A DNA stretch of 64,000 nt, from the NCBI GenBank assembly GCA_050115495.1, contig JASFQK010000016.1:32001-96000 (forward strand). The letters are read 5' to 3'. The stretch comes from Phycisphaerae bacterium. GTDB taxonomy: Bacteria; Planctomycetota; Phycisphaerae; UBA1845; Fen-1342. The notes under the pieces are model-generated. The model was not told where the DNA came from. It worked only from the letters and a program-made list of their open reading frames with translations, and ran no database searches. Position numbers and translations under genes: made by a program. Shown piece after piece: positions 46,698 to 56,760 of this stretch. Within the stretch, counting starts at the first letter, position 1. Each line of letters begins with the position of its first letter.

Positions 46698-46967
46698 TCG
46701 GGAGTTCGACAGCGGGTCGCCGGACGCCGTGGGGGATTGAGCTTAAGGTTCACGACCTCCCGTGACCGATAACGGTGGCGGCTGTTCGTGCCGCGTGCAC
46801 GAGGCGGCGGCTGTCTGCGTCCACTGGCCGCGCCGCCGGTCGGGCGCGACAGAGAATCGTGTGCGCCTGCGTCGCCCCCTTTGGCGCCGGCGTACGAGGG
46901 CAACATGCAGTATCGTTGCCGCCGGTGGGCGAGCACGAAGCAACCGCTTCCATGGGAGGATACGACA

Positions 46968-49900
46968 ATGAGCCGAACTCGCCATGTCTCGGTACAGGCG
47001 GGCATTGGCCTGTTCCTGGTCCTGTTTGGCCTCAACGAAGCGGTTCGTGCCGCCGACCAGGTTGTTACGAACAACAACGACTCCGGTGCCGGCTCGCTGC
47101 GTCAGGCCATGCTCGACGTGCATGACGGCGGTACGATCACCTTCGACGGCGACTACACGATTACGCTGGCGTCGAATCTGCCGCAGATTAACGACAGCAT
47201 CACCATCGTCGGCCGCGGGTGCGAGCAGACGATCATCGATGGCGACGGCGCGTATCGTATCCTGTACGTGGTTACCGGTAGCCTCACCGCATCGCACCTC
47301 ACGGTGCGTAATGGGAAGGCTGTCGGTAACCTGAACGCGGGGACACTGCTCCTGGACGGCGTCGTCATCGACGGCAACACGGACGTCAGCGGCGCCGGAC
47401 TGCGGCAGAGCGGGACGGGCGGCAGCACGAGCACAACACTTCTCAACTGCACGATCAGCAACAACTTCTCGCCGACCAACCGCGGTGGCGGCATCTACGC
47501 CACCGTCGGCACAGTCACCATCAAGAACTCCACGATCACCGGGAACACTGCCCAATACAACGGTGCCGGTATATGCTGCGAGTCAAGCGGAGCATTTGTC
47601 ATCGACAGTTGCACGATCGCCAACAACCATACCACCGGCACCTACGGCACGGCGAGGGGCGGCGGCATCAGAGTGGCTGGCGGATCGCTGACGATCACAA
47701 ATACCATCATTGCCAATAATCAGGATGACTACGGGAACAATGACTACTCCTACCAGTTTGGAACGCTGACTGACAACGGCTACAACTTCGTGGAGGTGCC
47801 GAACGTTATGGGCGCCAACGGGTTCAGCAACGGCGTCAACCACAATATCGTCGGCGTTAACCCGACCGGCCTAGCCAGCACGCTCTCCTACGAGGGTGGC
47901 TGGACGCCCGTCCTGAAGATCACCGGCGGCACGTTTACCGGTGGCAATTACGGTTCAACCAGCGAAACGCGCGATCAGCGTGGGTACCATCGCAAGTCCG
48001 GTGAAATCACGCGCGGTGCATATCAGTATGGCGGCACCGTGGCCGTGGTGAACGGTGGCGCATGGAACAACGGGTATCCCACGATCGCCGATGCCATCGC
48101 TGCCGCCAGTGCCAACGATACCATCACCCTCCTCGACACGGTGATCAAGGAGGTTGGCATCACGATCAACAAGAACCTGACCATCCAGGGGCAGGGGGCG
48201 ACCAGCACCTATGTCTGGGGTGACAACGCCAAGGACACGGCGAGCGGTCGCATATTTGATCTGGTCGCCGGCGATGTGGCGCTCCGGGATATGAGTATTC
48301 AATACGGCAGGGCGACGCGCGGGGGTGGTGTGCGGGGTGGCGGGGGAACGCATACGCTGGCCGACTGCGCCATCGTCGGCAACACAAGCACCCTAGGCGG
48401 CGGCGGAATCCACAATGTATCGGACGGGACGCTACACGTCGCTGACTGCAGCATCGTTGCCAATGCTGGAGGCAGTCGCGGCGGGGGGCTGGATAACGAG
48501 GGCGTGCTCACGATGACACGCTCCACAATCGTTGGAAATGTGGCAAGCAACGGTGGTGGCGTGAGCACATCCGGCGGCAACGCCGCACTTCAGAACTGCA
48601 CGATCTGTTGGAACACGGGCGGTAGCGTGGGCGGCGGGCTGTACGCGTTGGACGGCACGACGGTGCTCGCCAATTGCACCCTGGCCGAGAATCACGCCTC
48701 TGCCGGGACCGGAGACGGGCTGTACGGTTACATAGGCTATCTGGGCCTGATCAATACGATCGTGATCAACAACACGGGGAGCGGCGGTCAGGAGAACGCG
48801 CCTGGCCTTCGCGGCATACGCGCTCAGAACTCGTGGTTCGCGACGAACGCCGGCATCACGACGCCCACTGCGGCCTCGAACGTCTTTGCGGCCTATACTG
48901 CCGGCGATCTGCTGTCCCTCGCCGACAACGGCGGCAGCACGTGGACCATGGAGCTCGCTGCGACCGCACCGGCGGTGGGGACCGGCGATTTCGTCTACTA
49001 CAACACGACGGATGGCTTCTACTGCGAAGACTCGAACGGGGACTACCGGGACGCCTTGGGCTCGGTTGTTACGCCGAGCGATCCGGCCAGTGACAAGATC
49101 ACGATCGACCAGTGCGGCGTGACACGCACCAGTCCAGTCTCCATCGGCGCTTTCTTCACTCCCAAAGCGACGCCGAGCGTGACCACGACGACGGTCTCAA
49201 ACGTGACAGGCACCACGGCCAAGTCCGGCGGCAATGTCACGTACGAAGGGCAGAGCGGCGTCACGGCGCGCGGCGTCTGCTGGAACACCACCGGCACGCC
49301 GACGACCACGAGCGACAAGACCTCTGACGGGACTGGCACCGGGGCGTTTACGAGTGATCTCAGCAACCTCAGTCCGGCGACGACGTACTACGTCCGGGCC
49401 TACGCGACCAACACGCAGGGCACGGACTACGGCACCGAACGGCAGTTCACGACTTCGGCCGCCAAACCGACGGTGACCACGGCGGCGGTCACGGGCGTTA
49501 CCACGGACGAGGCAACGTCTGGTGGTGATGTGACGGACGACGGCGGGGACAGCGTCACGGCTTACGGCGTCTGCTGGAACACGGACGGGACGCCCACCAC
49601 GAGCGACGACAACACGAACGACGGATCCGGTACGGGAACGTTCACCAGCACGCTGACCAGCCTCGCCCCAGGTATGACGTACTACGTCCGCGCCTACGCG
49701 ACGAACAGCGCGGGGACCGGCTACGGCAACGACGTGGAATTCACCACTGTCGCCGCGCCACCGACCATGACCACGGCCGCAGTGAGCCATGTCACGGCGA
49801 CGACGGCCACCACCGGCGGTGAGGTCATGAGCAGCGGGGGTGCGCCCCTCACCGCCTTTGGCGTATGTTGGAATACAACCGGGTCGCCGACAACGGCCGA

Positions 49901-50936
49901 CGAGACGACCATGGACTGTGTCGACAGCGGGCTGCTGGCCGGCGATGGCGGGGTGTCGAGGCTCGTTCGTGTCAGATTCACGAGCAGCATGACCGGCCTG
50001 ATGCCTGGTACGACGTACTATGTCCGCGCCTACGCCACCAACAGTAAGGGGACGGGCTATGGCAACGAGGTGGAGTTCACGACCAACGGCACGACGCCGA
50101 CCGTCACGACCGCCTCCGTCACGGACATCACCAGTGCCACGGCCACGAGCGGCGGCGAGGTTACATCTGACGGCAGCGCGAGCATCACGGCTCGCGGAGT
50201 CTGCTGGAACAAAACGGGGACGCCGACGATCGCCGACGAGAGGACGACTGACGGGTCGGGAATCGGTGTGTTCGCGAGCAGTATCACCGGGCTCGACGCC
50301 GACACGGCGTACTACGTTCGAGCCTACGCGACGAACAAGGCCGGCACGACGTACGGCGCTGAACGGACGTTTTCGACAAAGGCTCTGCCCGATGATCCGA
50401 ACGATGCCAACAACGACCCGCCGACTGCGCCGGATCTGCGCGTCTCCATCGCGGCAGCCCGGTCGTCGGCCAGTGTTGGCGAGGAGCTTGGCTTCTCGGT
50501 AAACGTCGAAAACGTGGGTACCGCGAGCGCCACGGGCGTCACGCTGCGGTTTCCGCTGCCGGCGGGAACGGAACTGGTCGGCGTATGGCTGGTCGGCGGG
50601 TTGTCCAGTCAGACCGCTCCGCTGGACGCGGTCGTGGACGGCGGTGAGATCGTGGTCGCTCTGGGAGACGTGTCCGCCAGTGAGTCGCTGCAGTTCAACC
50701 TGGTACTGAGGGCGAGGAGTGCCGGATCGGTGGCAGTCACCGCCGCGGCGAGTTGTGACGAGAAGGAAACGCCGGCGACGGCGCAGGTGGAGTCGCAGGT
50801 CGAAGTCGACGACGTGTACGTGGAGATCATCGGGGAGGCGGTGCCCATTCACGTATGCGGCCTGATGGGCTTCGTGTCGCCGTTGCTGGCCCTGGTCGGC
50901 CTGGCGGCAATGAAGCGGTACGGTCGTCGTTGGTGA
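46968..50936 (+). CDS. Large secreted surface protein: beta-helix repeats, 4 FN3-like repeats, DUF11-like domain, C-terminal anchor
   Basis: Signal peptide; DSGAGSLRQA; GGGI repeats; LADNGG, DQRG; 4 x YYVRAYATN; ends CG + hydrophobic helix + KRYGRRW. Confidence 0.88.
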   Translation: MSRTRHVSVQAGIGLFLVLFGLNEAVRAADQVVTNNNDSGAGSLRQAMLDVHDGGTITFDGDYTITLASNLPQINDSITIVGRGCEQTIIDGDGAYRILYVVTGSLTASHLTVRNGKAVGNLNAGTLLLDGVVIDGNTDVSGAGLRQSGTGGSTSTTLLNCTISNNFSPTNRGGGIYATVGTVTIKNSTITGNTAQYNGAGICCESSGAFVIDSCTIANNHTTGTYGTARGGGIRVAGGSLTITNTIIANNQDDYGNNDYSYQFGTLTDNGYNFVEVPNVMGANGFSNGVNHNIVGVNPTGLASTLSYEGGWTPVLKITGGTFTGGNYGSTSETRDQRGYHRKSGEITRGAYQYGGTVAVVNGGAWNNGYPTIADAIAAASANDTITLLDTVIKEVGITINKNLTIQGQGATSTYVWGDNAKDTASGRIFDLVAGDVALRDMSIQYGRATRGGGVRGGGGTHTLADCAIVGNTSTLGGGGIHNVSDGTLHVADCSIVANAGGSRGGGLDNEGVLTMTRSTIVGNVASNGGGVSTSGGNAALQNCTICWNTGGSVGGGLYALDGTTVLANCTLAENHASAGTGDGLYGYIGYLGLINTIVINNTGSGGQENAPGLRGIRAQNSWFATNAGITTPTAASNVFAAYTAGDLLSLADNGGSTWTMELAATAPAVGTGDFVYYNTTDGFYCEDSNGDYRDALGSVVTPSDPASDKITIDQCGVTRTSPVSIGAFFTPKATPSVTTTTVSNVTGTTAKSGGNVTYEGQSGVTARGVCWNTTGTPTTTSDKTSDGTGTGAFTSDLSNLSPATTYYVRAYATNTQGTDYGTERQFTTSAAKPTVTTAAVTGVTTDEATSGGDVTDDGGDSVTAYGVCWNTDGTPTTSDDNTNDGSGTGTFTSTLTSLAPGMTYYVRAYATNSAGTGYGNDVEFTTVAAPPTMTTAAVSHVTATTATTGGEVMSSGGAPLTAFGVCWNTTGSPTTADETTMDCVDSGLLAGDGGVSRLVRVRFTSSMTGLMPGTTYYVRAYATNSKGTGYGNEVEFTTNGTTPTVTTASVTDITSATATSGGEVTSDGSASITARGVCWNKTGTPTIADERTTDGSGIGVFASSITGLDADTAYYVRAYATNKAGTTYGAERTFSTKALPDDPNDANNDPPTAPDLRVSIAAARSSASVGEELGFSVNVENVGTASATGVTLRFPLPAGTELVGVWLVGGLSSQTAPLDAVVDGGEIVVALGDVSASESLQFNLVLRARSAGSVAVTAAASCDEKETPATAQVESQVEVDDVYVEIIGEAVPIHVCGLMGFVSPLLALVGLAAMKRYGRRW
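49165..50385 (+). repeat. Four intragenic FN3-like repeats of about 100 aa
   Basis: Repeated P.VTT..SGG.V..G....GVCWN..G.PT..YYVRAYATN..GT.YG....F.T. Confidence 0.9.
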
Positions 50937-51013
50937 CGATGGTCCGCCGGTGGTAGTCATGTGACGCCGGCGTGTCGGCCGGAACGGCCGCCGGGCAGCA
51001 GGAAAGGAAAGTC

Positions 51014-51241
51014 ATGAGACGTGGAACGCTTCTGCGGGTTGGTGGCATCGTGGTCGCCGGCGCGCTGTTCATCGGCGGCACGGGTTGCAGAGAGCTTCTG
51101 ATAGGAACGAACATTGCCTCGGTCGCCACGGGCTGGCTGCTGGGCAATCTCACCACCTCGGGTAACGTTGAGCGTGTGTGCTACCAGAACGGCGTGCTGA
51201 TCGATTGCGCCGATCTGCCGGAGGATCTTGGGCTGGATTAG
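51014..51241 (+). CDS. Small putative lipoprotein
   Basis: Signal ending GTGC; C-terminal CYQNGVLIDC; AGGA SD. Confidence 0.7.
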   Translation: MRRGTLLRVGGIVVAGALFIGGTGCRELLIGTNIASVATGWLLGNLTTSGNVERVCYQNGVLIDCADLPEDLGLD

Positions 51242-51253
51242 CGCCGCCGGCCG

Positions 51254-52585
51254 TCACGGCTGGGGGGCAACCTCGCGCTCGCTGACGGGGGGGAACTTCA
51301 GCGGGGCGGCGAGTTGGGCGTTGAGCAAGCGAGCCAGGTACGTCGTTTTGACCAGAGTGAAATCGCCCGTGATCTGGCCTGAGCTGCGGATCTTGGTGCG
51401 GATGGTCGCCGCCGAGTAGGCGACATCGTCGACGAGGATGCACAGCGGCCGGTCGATGTTCCGCGCCGTCAGCTTCTCGAACAGGCTCCCGCCGGCGCTG
51501 TCCAGCGTGAAGCTAACGGCCGGCCGTCCATGCGCGTCGTAATCGGCCTTCGCCTGCAGGAGGTGCCACGGCTGGCCTTTGGCCAGCAAACCCTGGTCGG
51601 GCGTGAGGTAGGCGAGGATGTAGTAGTCATCGTCCACGCGGTCGGCGACGAAGCGCGGTTCCTCGCATGGGTCGAAGTCGGTTAGCTCCGCGGGGCCGTC
51701 GAGGTTGAAGAAAGAGACGGGATCGTCGACCCGGAACCAGCCGAACTCGTCGCCGGGCACGGGCGCCGGGCCGTGTTCGTGCAGCCGGCGGCGAAACAAG
51801 TCGTACTTGGTGGGGTTGTCGGGTGCGGGCTCGGGCAGGACGCGAAACTCGAGAACGCCCAGGCCGCGCAGCAGCCGCTTGACCCAGGCCGGGTTTTCGA
51901 GGTACTTGCCTTTGCCCTTGTCATACCAGGCATCATACCGGGCGACGACGTTGTCGAGCTGCTGCTTGAGGTGCGGGAAGTGCTCGTGGGCGTCGGCAAG
52001 CCACTGTTTTCGCTCGCTGGAGCGCGGTTCGCCGAACTCCAACGCGCGGCGCAGCCTGTCGACGGGCAGGTTGGTGGCGAGGACGTCGTCGAGCACCTTC
52101 TGATACGGTGGCTCGAAGCCGCTTTCTTTCCACGCGTCATAGGCGGTGGCCAGGGCGGCCAGCGCGGCCTTGCGGGTTGGGTGGCCGCGGACGAGCTGTT
52201 CGAGGGCGGCGTCGCGACCGTCGACCGTCACCAACGCTGCGAGGAGCTCCTCCGGCGTCACGTTGGCCGCCGCCAGCCTGGCGAGACTCTCCTCGAAGGC
52301 CCGCCCGAGAGCCTGGACGTCCTGGGGCGCGTGCTGCACGCGGACTTCGATCTGGTCACGCGAGAGCGGCGTGCACACGACGCCGAAACGCTCGTCGGGA
52401 TCGAGACGCTTCAGGACCGCTGCGGCGACTTCGGCGGACACGTCCCGGTCGGCCGGCAGGTCCGACGTGTCGATGGCGAAGACAAACGCGGTGTAGCCGG
52501 TCTTCTCCAGGCTGGGACGCGTATTGCAGGCGCTCAGGAACGCCACGCAGGTCAGGAGCGTAGTGGTCGCCAGCAGTCTGAACAT
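51254..52585 (-). CDS. Lipoprotein consisting of a SecD P1-like periplasmic domain only (copy 2)
   Basis: Lipobox FLSAC; LKRLDP, GVLEFRVL, AVSFTLD..G..LF..LT..NI.RPLCILVDD..YSAATI..GQITG; no TM segments. Confidence 0.8.
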   Translation of the reverse strand: MFRLLATTTLLTCVAFLSACNTRPSLEKTGYTAFVFAIDTSDLPADRDVSAEVAAAVLKRLDPDERFGVVCTPLSRDQIEVRVQHAPQDVQALGRAFEESLARLAAANVTPEELLAALVTVDGRDAALEQLVRGHPTRKAALAALATAYDAWKESGFEPPYQKVLDDVLATNLPVDRLRRALEFGEPRSSERKQWLADAHEHFPHLKQQLDNVVARYDAWYDKGKGKYLENPAWVKRLLRGLGVLEFRVLPEPAPDNPTKYDLFRRRLHEHGPAPVPGDEFGWFRVDDPVSFFNLDGPAELTDFDPCEEPRFVADRVDDDYYILAYLTPDQGLLAKGQPWHLLQAKADYDAHGRPAVSFTLDSAGGSLFEKLTARNIDRPLCILVDDVAYSAATIRTKIRSSGQITGDFTLVKTTYLARLLNAQLAAPLKFPPVSEREVAPQP

Positions 52586-52648
52586 GTGCGTCTCCGTTTG
52601 GTGATTGCGTTTCTCTTTCGTGTCCGTGTCCGGTGCTGACGGCGCCAG

Positions 52649-53980
52649 TTACGGCTGCGGCCCGACTTCGCGCTCGTTGAGTGGGGGGAACTTCAGCGGG
52701 GCGGGGAGCTGGACGGCGAGGACGCGGGCCAGGTACGTCATCTTGACCGGGCCGAAACGGCCGGTGATCGTGCCGTTGGCGCGAATCCTGCTGCGGATCG
52801 TCGCCGCCGAGTAGGCAGTGTCGTCGACGAGGATGCACAACGGTTTGCCGATGTTTCTCCTGGTCAGCTCTTCGAAGAGGGCTCCGCCGGCCTCGTCCAA
52901 CTCGAAGTTGACGCACGGCTCTCCGCTCGTGTCGCGGTCGACCTCCGCCTCCAATACCCGCCAGGGCCGGCCCTCGGCCAGCAGACCCTGGTCGGGCGCG
53001 AGATAAGCGAGAACGTAGTAGTCATCGGCTACGTGGTCGGCCACGTAGGTGGTGTTCTGTTGGGGGTCGAAGCGGGCCAGTGCGTCGGGGCCGTCGAGGT
53101 CGAAGAAGGAGATGACGTCTTCGACCCGGAACCAGCCAAACTCGTCGCCCGGCGCGGGCTGGGGGCCGTCGTCGTGGAGCCGGCGGCGGTAGGAGTCGTA
53201 TTGCGTGGGATTGTCGAACGCCCGCTGGGCCAGGATGCGGAATTCGAGGACGCCGAGGCCCTCCAGCATCGGCTTGATGATGGCCGGGTCGTCGCAGTAC
53301 AGGGCGGCGCCCTTCTCCATCCAGGCTTCATGGCGGGTGACGACGTCGTCGATCTGCTGTTTGACGTGCGGGAATCGCTTCCGCAGGTCGGCGAGGTATT
53401 CCTTGCGGTCGTGTGAACTGGGCTCGGTGGTTTCCAGCATGAAGACCAGATCCTCGATGGGCAGATTGGTGGCGAGGACGTCGCCGAGTCCGTGGTGATA
53501 CGCCGGATCGAAGCCGTTTTCCTTCCAGGCGTCGTAGGCGGTGGCGAGTCTGGTGAGGGCGGCCTTGCGGGTCGGGTGGCTGCGGACGAGCTGGTCGAGG
53601 GCGGCCTTGCGACCGTTGAGTTTCGTCAGCGTGAAGAGGAGTTCGTCTTCCGTCACGTTGGTGGCGGCCAGCTTGGCGATACTCTCGTCGACGGCCCGGC
53701 TGAGGATCTGGACGTCCTCGGGCGCGTGCTGCACACGGATTTCGATCTGGTCGCGGGCGAGCGGCGTGCAGACGACGCCGAAACGCTCGTCGGGATCGAG
53801 ACGCTTCAGGACCGCTGCGGCGACTTCGGCGGACACGTCCCGGTCGGCCGGCAGGTCCGACGTGTCGATGGCGAAGACGAACGCGGTGTAGCCGGTCTTC
53901 TCCAGGCTGGGACGGCTGCTGCAGCCCACCAGCAGCACCAGGATGCCAAGCAGGACGGTTGCTGACGAGTATTTGGGCAT
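52649..53980 (-). CDS. Lipoprotein consisting of a SecD P1-like periplasmic domain only (copy 1)
   Basis: Lipobox LVGC; same motifs as copy 2; ends LPAPLK..EREVGPQP; 443 aa like its paralog. Confidence 0.8.
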   Translation of the reverse strand: MPKYSSATVLLGILVLLVGCSSRPSLEKTGYTAFVFAIDTSDLPADRDVSAEVAAAVLKRLDPDERFGVVCTPLARDQIEIRVQHAPEDVQILSRAVDESIAKLAATNVTEDELLFTLTKLNGRKAALDQLVRSHPTRKAALTRLATAYDAWKENGFDPAYHHGLGDVLATNLPIEDLVFMLETTEPSSHDRKEYLADLRKRFPHVKQQIDDVVTRHEAWMEKGAALYCDDPAIIKPMLEGLGVLEFRILAQRAFDNPTQYDSYRRRLHDDGPQPAPGDEFGWFRVEDVISFFDLDGPDALARFDPQQNTTYVADHVADDYYVLAYLAPDQGLLAEGRPWRVLEAEVDRDTSGEPCVNFELDEAGGALFEELTRRNIGKPLCILVDDTAYSAATIRSRIRANGTITGRFGPVKMTYLARVLAVQLPAPLKFPPLNEREVGPQP

Positions 53981-54180
53981 GTGCCTCTCCCGGTCGCGAG
54001 TCCATGTGCGGGTAGCGCCCCACAGCCTGCTACGATACGACATGACCGCGGCGAGGACAAGCGCGGGGCGGGGTGGGCTGGACGGGACAACGGGCTGAGG
54101 GGACACTGAAGGGGAGCGCTTGCGAATTCGGTTGGAGGCGGCGGATCGTCGGGAAGAGCTGTACGGAAGGGGTAGAACGG

Positions 54181-55422
54181 GTGGTCACGGAAACGTACAA
54201 GCCGGCGGGGTATTGCCCGAAGTGTGGGTATGCCATGGATGTCGGGAAGTGCCCGGAGTGTGGTACCGAGGTGACGGCTCGCACGCTGGCGAAGCGGCCG
54301 CGGGGCTACCGGCGCCGGCGGGTCATTCGCTGGACCGTGATCGTGGTGGCGCTGATCGGCGTTCCATATGGCGGGTACCGCTTCTGGCGAGATGTGAACT
54401 GGCCGGCGTGGTTGCCCAACAACGTGCTGATGTGGGGGATGACGTGGGGATCCGACCGGATTGACGGGGAGCTGTTGCGGCGATGCAAGAACCAGACGCT
54501 GAGCGAAGACGAGATTCGCCGCATCTACGATTACGCGTACGAGCCTCGGCTCGTGTATCCCGAGGAAATTCCGGCCGGAACCGCCGTCCCGGCGATGGTG
54601 CAACTTCGGTGGCGCGGCGTGCTCCGGCGAGTGGTGTACGGGTACAATTATGGCTGCATGGGACGCGATACGTGGGAGATCCGCATCGGGGACTGCACGG
54701 TCAGCGTGCCGGACCGTCCGTCGTCTTTCGCGGGCGATGAGCAGGGTGAACGGGTCTTCTTTGACATCCCCCCGCTGCCGCCGGGCGAGCGTACCGTAAC
54801 CACGCGGGGCTGCTTCTGGGAGGTGGATCTGACGAGACAAGCGCGTCAGCCGGGGCCGAAGCGGGAGTTCGACCTGGCCGGCTCACTGCGCGTGACAGAT
54901 CGCCCGATGGACGACTATGTGAAAGACGTATGGGAGCCGGCACTTGCGGGTGTCGTGAAGGCCAAGGTGTTGGCCCACGTGTACGTGAGTGTGGCGTCGG
55001 ATCCGTCAGTCACCGTCCATTTCGCCGACTTGCCGTTTCCATACGCTTTCGAAGTGTACATGCGGGTAAGCGGGCAGGAGGAATACGAAGCGGTCGACGG
55101 CGGGTTTGGATTGCCCTACCGATGGGCGGTGGGCGACGGAGCTAACTGGGGTGCGCAGTTCCCGCTCGGTTCGGACTTGGTGACGGACGAGGGGGCGACG
55201 ATCGACATGCAACTGAGACCATCGCGAGCGCTCGCCCTATCGCGCGGCTTTGACGCGTGCTTCGGCGGCGTGATCGAGTGGCTCGGTCTGCAGCCGGGAA
55301 GGAGGCAGGACTACATCTTCATGCGGCGGCCCGATGGGACATTCGGGCCTGTCCTGGAGCCCGCTCCAAGCGTGCTGCCGGTGGCGCCGACGCGCGTGTT
55401 TCGGTGGGAGGGTGGCGACTGA
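54181..55422 (+). CDS. Zn-ribbon/TM/soluble-domain protein, tandem copy 1
   Basis: CPKCGYAMDVGKCPECG, basic stretch, one TM helix, C-terminal PTRVFRWEG. Confidence 0.8.
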   Translation: MVTETYKPAGYCPKCGYAMDVGKCPECGTEVTARTLAKRPRGYRRRRVIRWTVIVVALIGVPYGGYRFWRDVNWPAWLPNNVLMWGMTWGSDRIDGELLRRCKNQTLSEDEIRRIYDYAYEPRLVYPEEIPAGTAVPAMVQLRWRGVLRRVVYGYNYGCMGRDTWEIRIGDCTVSVPDRPSSFAGDEQGERVFFDIPPLPPGERTVTTRGCFWEVDLTRQARQPGPKREFDLAGSLRVTDRPMDDYVKDVWEPALAGVVKAKVLAHVYVSVASDPSVTVHFADLPFPYAFEVYMRVSGQEEYEAVDGGFGLPYRWAVGDGANWGAQFPLGSDLVTDEGATIDMQLRPSRALALSRGFDACFGGVIEWLGLQPGRRQDYIFMRRPDGTFGPVLEPAPSVLPVAPTRVFRWEGGD

Positions 55423-55470
55423 TGATGTGCAGATGTTCGCGGCGAACGGCTGGACTGAAGGGGTGAGTGG

Positions 55471-56712
55471 ATGTCCACGGCGACGTACAAGCCGGCGGGG
55501 TATTGCCCGAAGTGCGGGTATGCCATGGATGTCGGGCAGTGCCCGGAGTGTGGAGCGGAAGTGACGGCTCGCACGCTGGCGAAGCGGCCGCGGGGCTATT
55601 GGCGGCGGCGGGTCATTCGCTGGGGGGTGATCCTGGCGTTGTTGACCGGGATCCCGTATGGGGCGTATCGCTTCTGGCGCGATGTGAACTGGGCGCCGTG
55701 GTTGCCGAACGACGTGCTCCTGTGGGGGATGACGTGGGAATCCGACCGGATTGACGGGGAGCTGTTGCGGCGCTGTGCGCAGCATACGCTCAGCGAGGAA
55801 GAGCTGCAGCGCATTTGGGATTACGGATACGAGCCGCTGCTGGTGTGTCCGGAAGAGGTTCCCGCAGGCGTCGCTGTCCCGGCGAAGGTGTACCTTCGCT
55901 GGCGCGGCCTCTTCCGCGAGGCCATACGCCACCGAGTGCACGGGCTGACGGACCGCGACACATGGCAGATCCAGATCGGTGAGCATTCGATTAGCGTATC
56001 GGACCGCCCATGGTCCTGGTCTGGTGACGAGTGGGGTGACGGAGTCCTGTTCGACCTCCCGGCGCTCTCCGCGGGCGAACGGACCATCACGGTGCAGGGG
56101 TATTTCTGGGATGATGAGCCGGTGGTCCCGGGGCTGCCGCCGGGACCGAAGCGACGCCTCGATCTGACCATGTCGTTGCGCGTGACGGACCGGCCGATGG
56201 ACGATTACGTGGAGGATATCTGGGAGCCGGCACTGGCGGACGTCGCGAAGGCCCAGGTGTCTGCCCAGGTGTACGTGCATGAGAGACAGGATCCGTCACT
56301 CTACATCGAGTTCGCCGAGCTGCCGTTCCCGTACGCGTTCGAAGTGTACATGCGCGCGAGCGGGCAAGAGGCATACGAGGCAGTCGACGGTGCGTTTAGA
56401 TTGCCGGAGCGATGGACGGTGGACGAGGGGGTCAACTGGGGCGTGGAGTTCTCGCTCGGGTCGGATGTAGCGACGGATGAGGGGGCGACAATCGACATAC
56501 AACTGAGACCCTCGCGAGCGCTTGCCCTTTCACGCGGCCTCGACGCGTGCTTCGGCGGCGTGATCGAGTGGCTGGGTCTGCAGCCGGGAGAGAGGCCGGA
56601 CTTCATCCCCGTCGTGCGGCCGGACTTGACGCTCGGCCTTGCTCCGGAGTCTGCTCCAAGCGTGCTGCTGGCGGCGCCGACGCGCGTGTTTCGGTGGGAG
56701 GATGGTGACTGA
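55471..56712 (+). CDS. Zn-ribbon/TM/soluble-domain protein, tandem copy 2
   Basis: Same architecture; starts 1290 bp after copy 1. Confidence 0.85.
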   Translation: MSTATYKPAGYCPKCGYAMDVGQCPECGAEVTARTLAKRPRGYWRRRVIRWGVILALLTGIPYGAYRFWRDVNWAPWLPNDVLLWGMTWESDRIDGELLRRCAQHTLSEEELQRIWDYGYEPLLVCPEEVPAGVAVPAKVYLRWRGLFREAIRHRVHGLTDRDTWQIQIGEHSISVSDRPWSWSGDEWGDGVLFDLPALSAGERTITVQGYFWDDEPVVPGLPPGPKRRLDLTMSLRVTDRPMDDYVEDIWEPALADVAKAQVSAQVYVHERQDPSLYIEFAELPFPYAFEVYMRASGQEAYEAVDGAFRLPERWTVDEGVNWGVEFSLGSDVATDEGATIDIQLRPSRALALSRGLDACFGGVIEWLGLQPGERPDFIPVVRPDLTLGLAPESAPSVLLAAPTRVFRWEDGD

Positions 56713-56760
56713 TGATGTGCGGTTGTCTGCGGCGGACGGTTGGACTGAAGGGGTGAGTGG

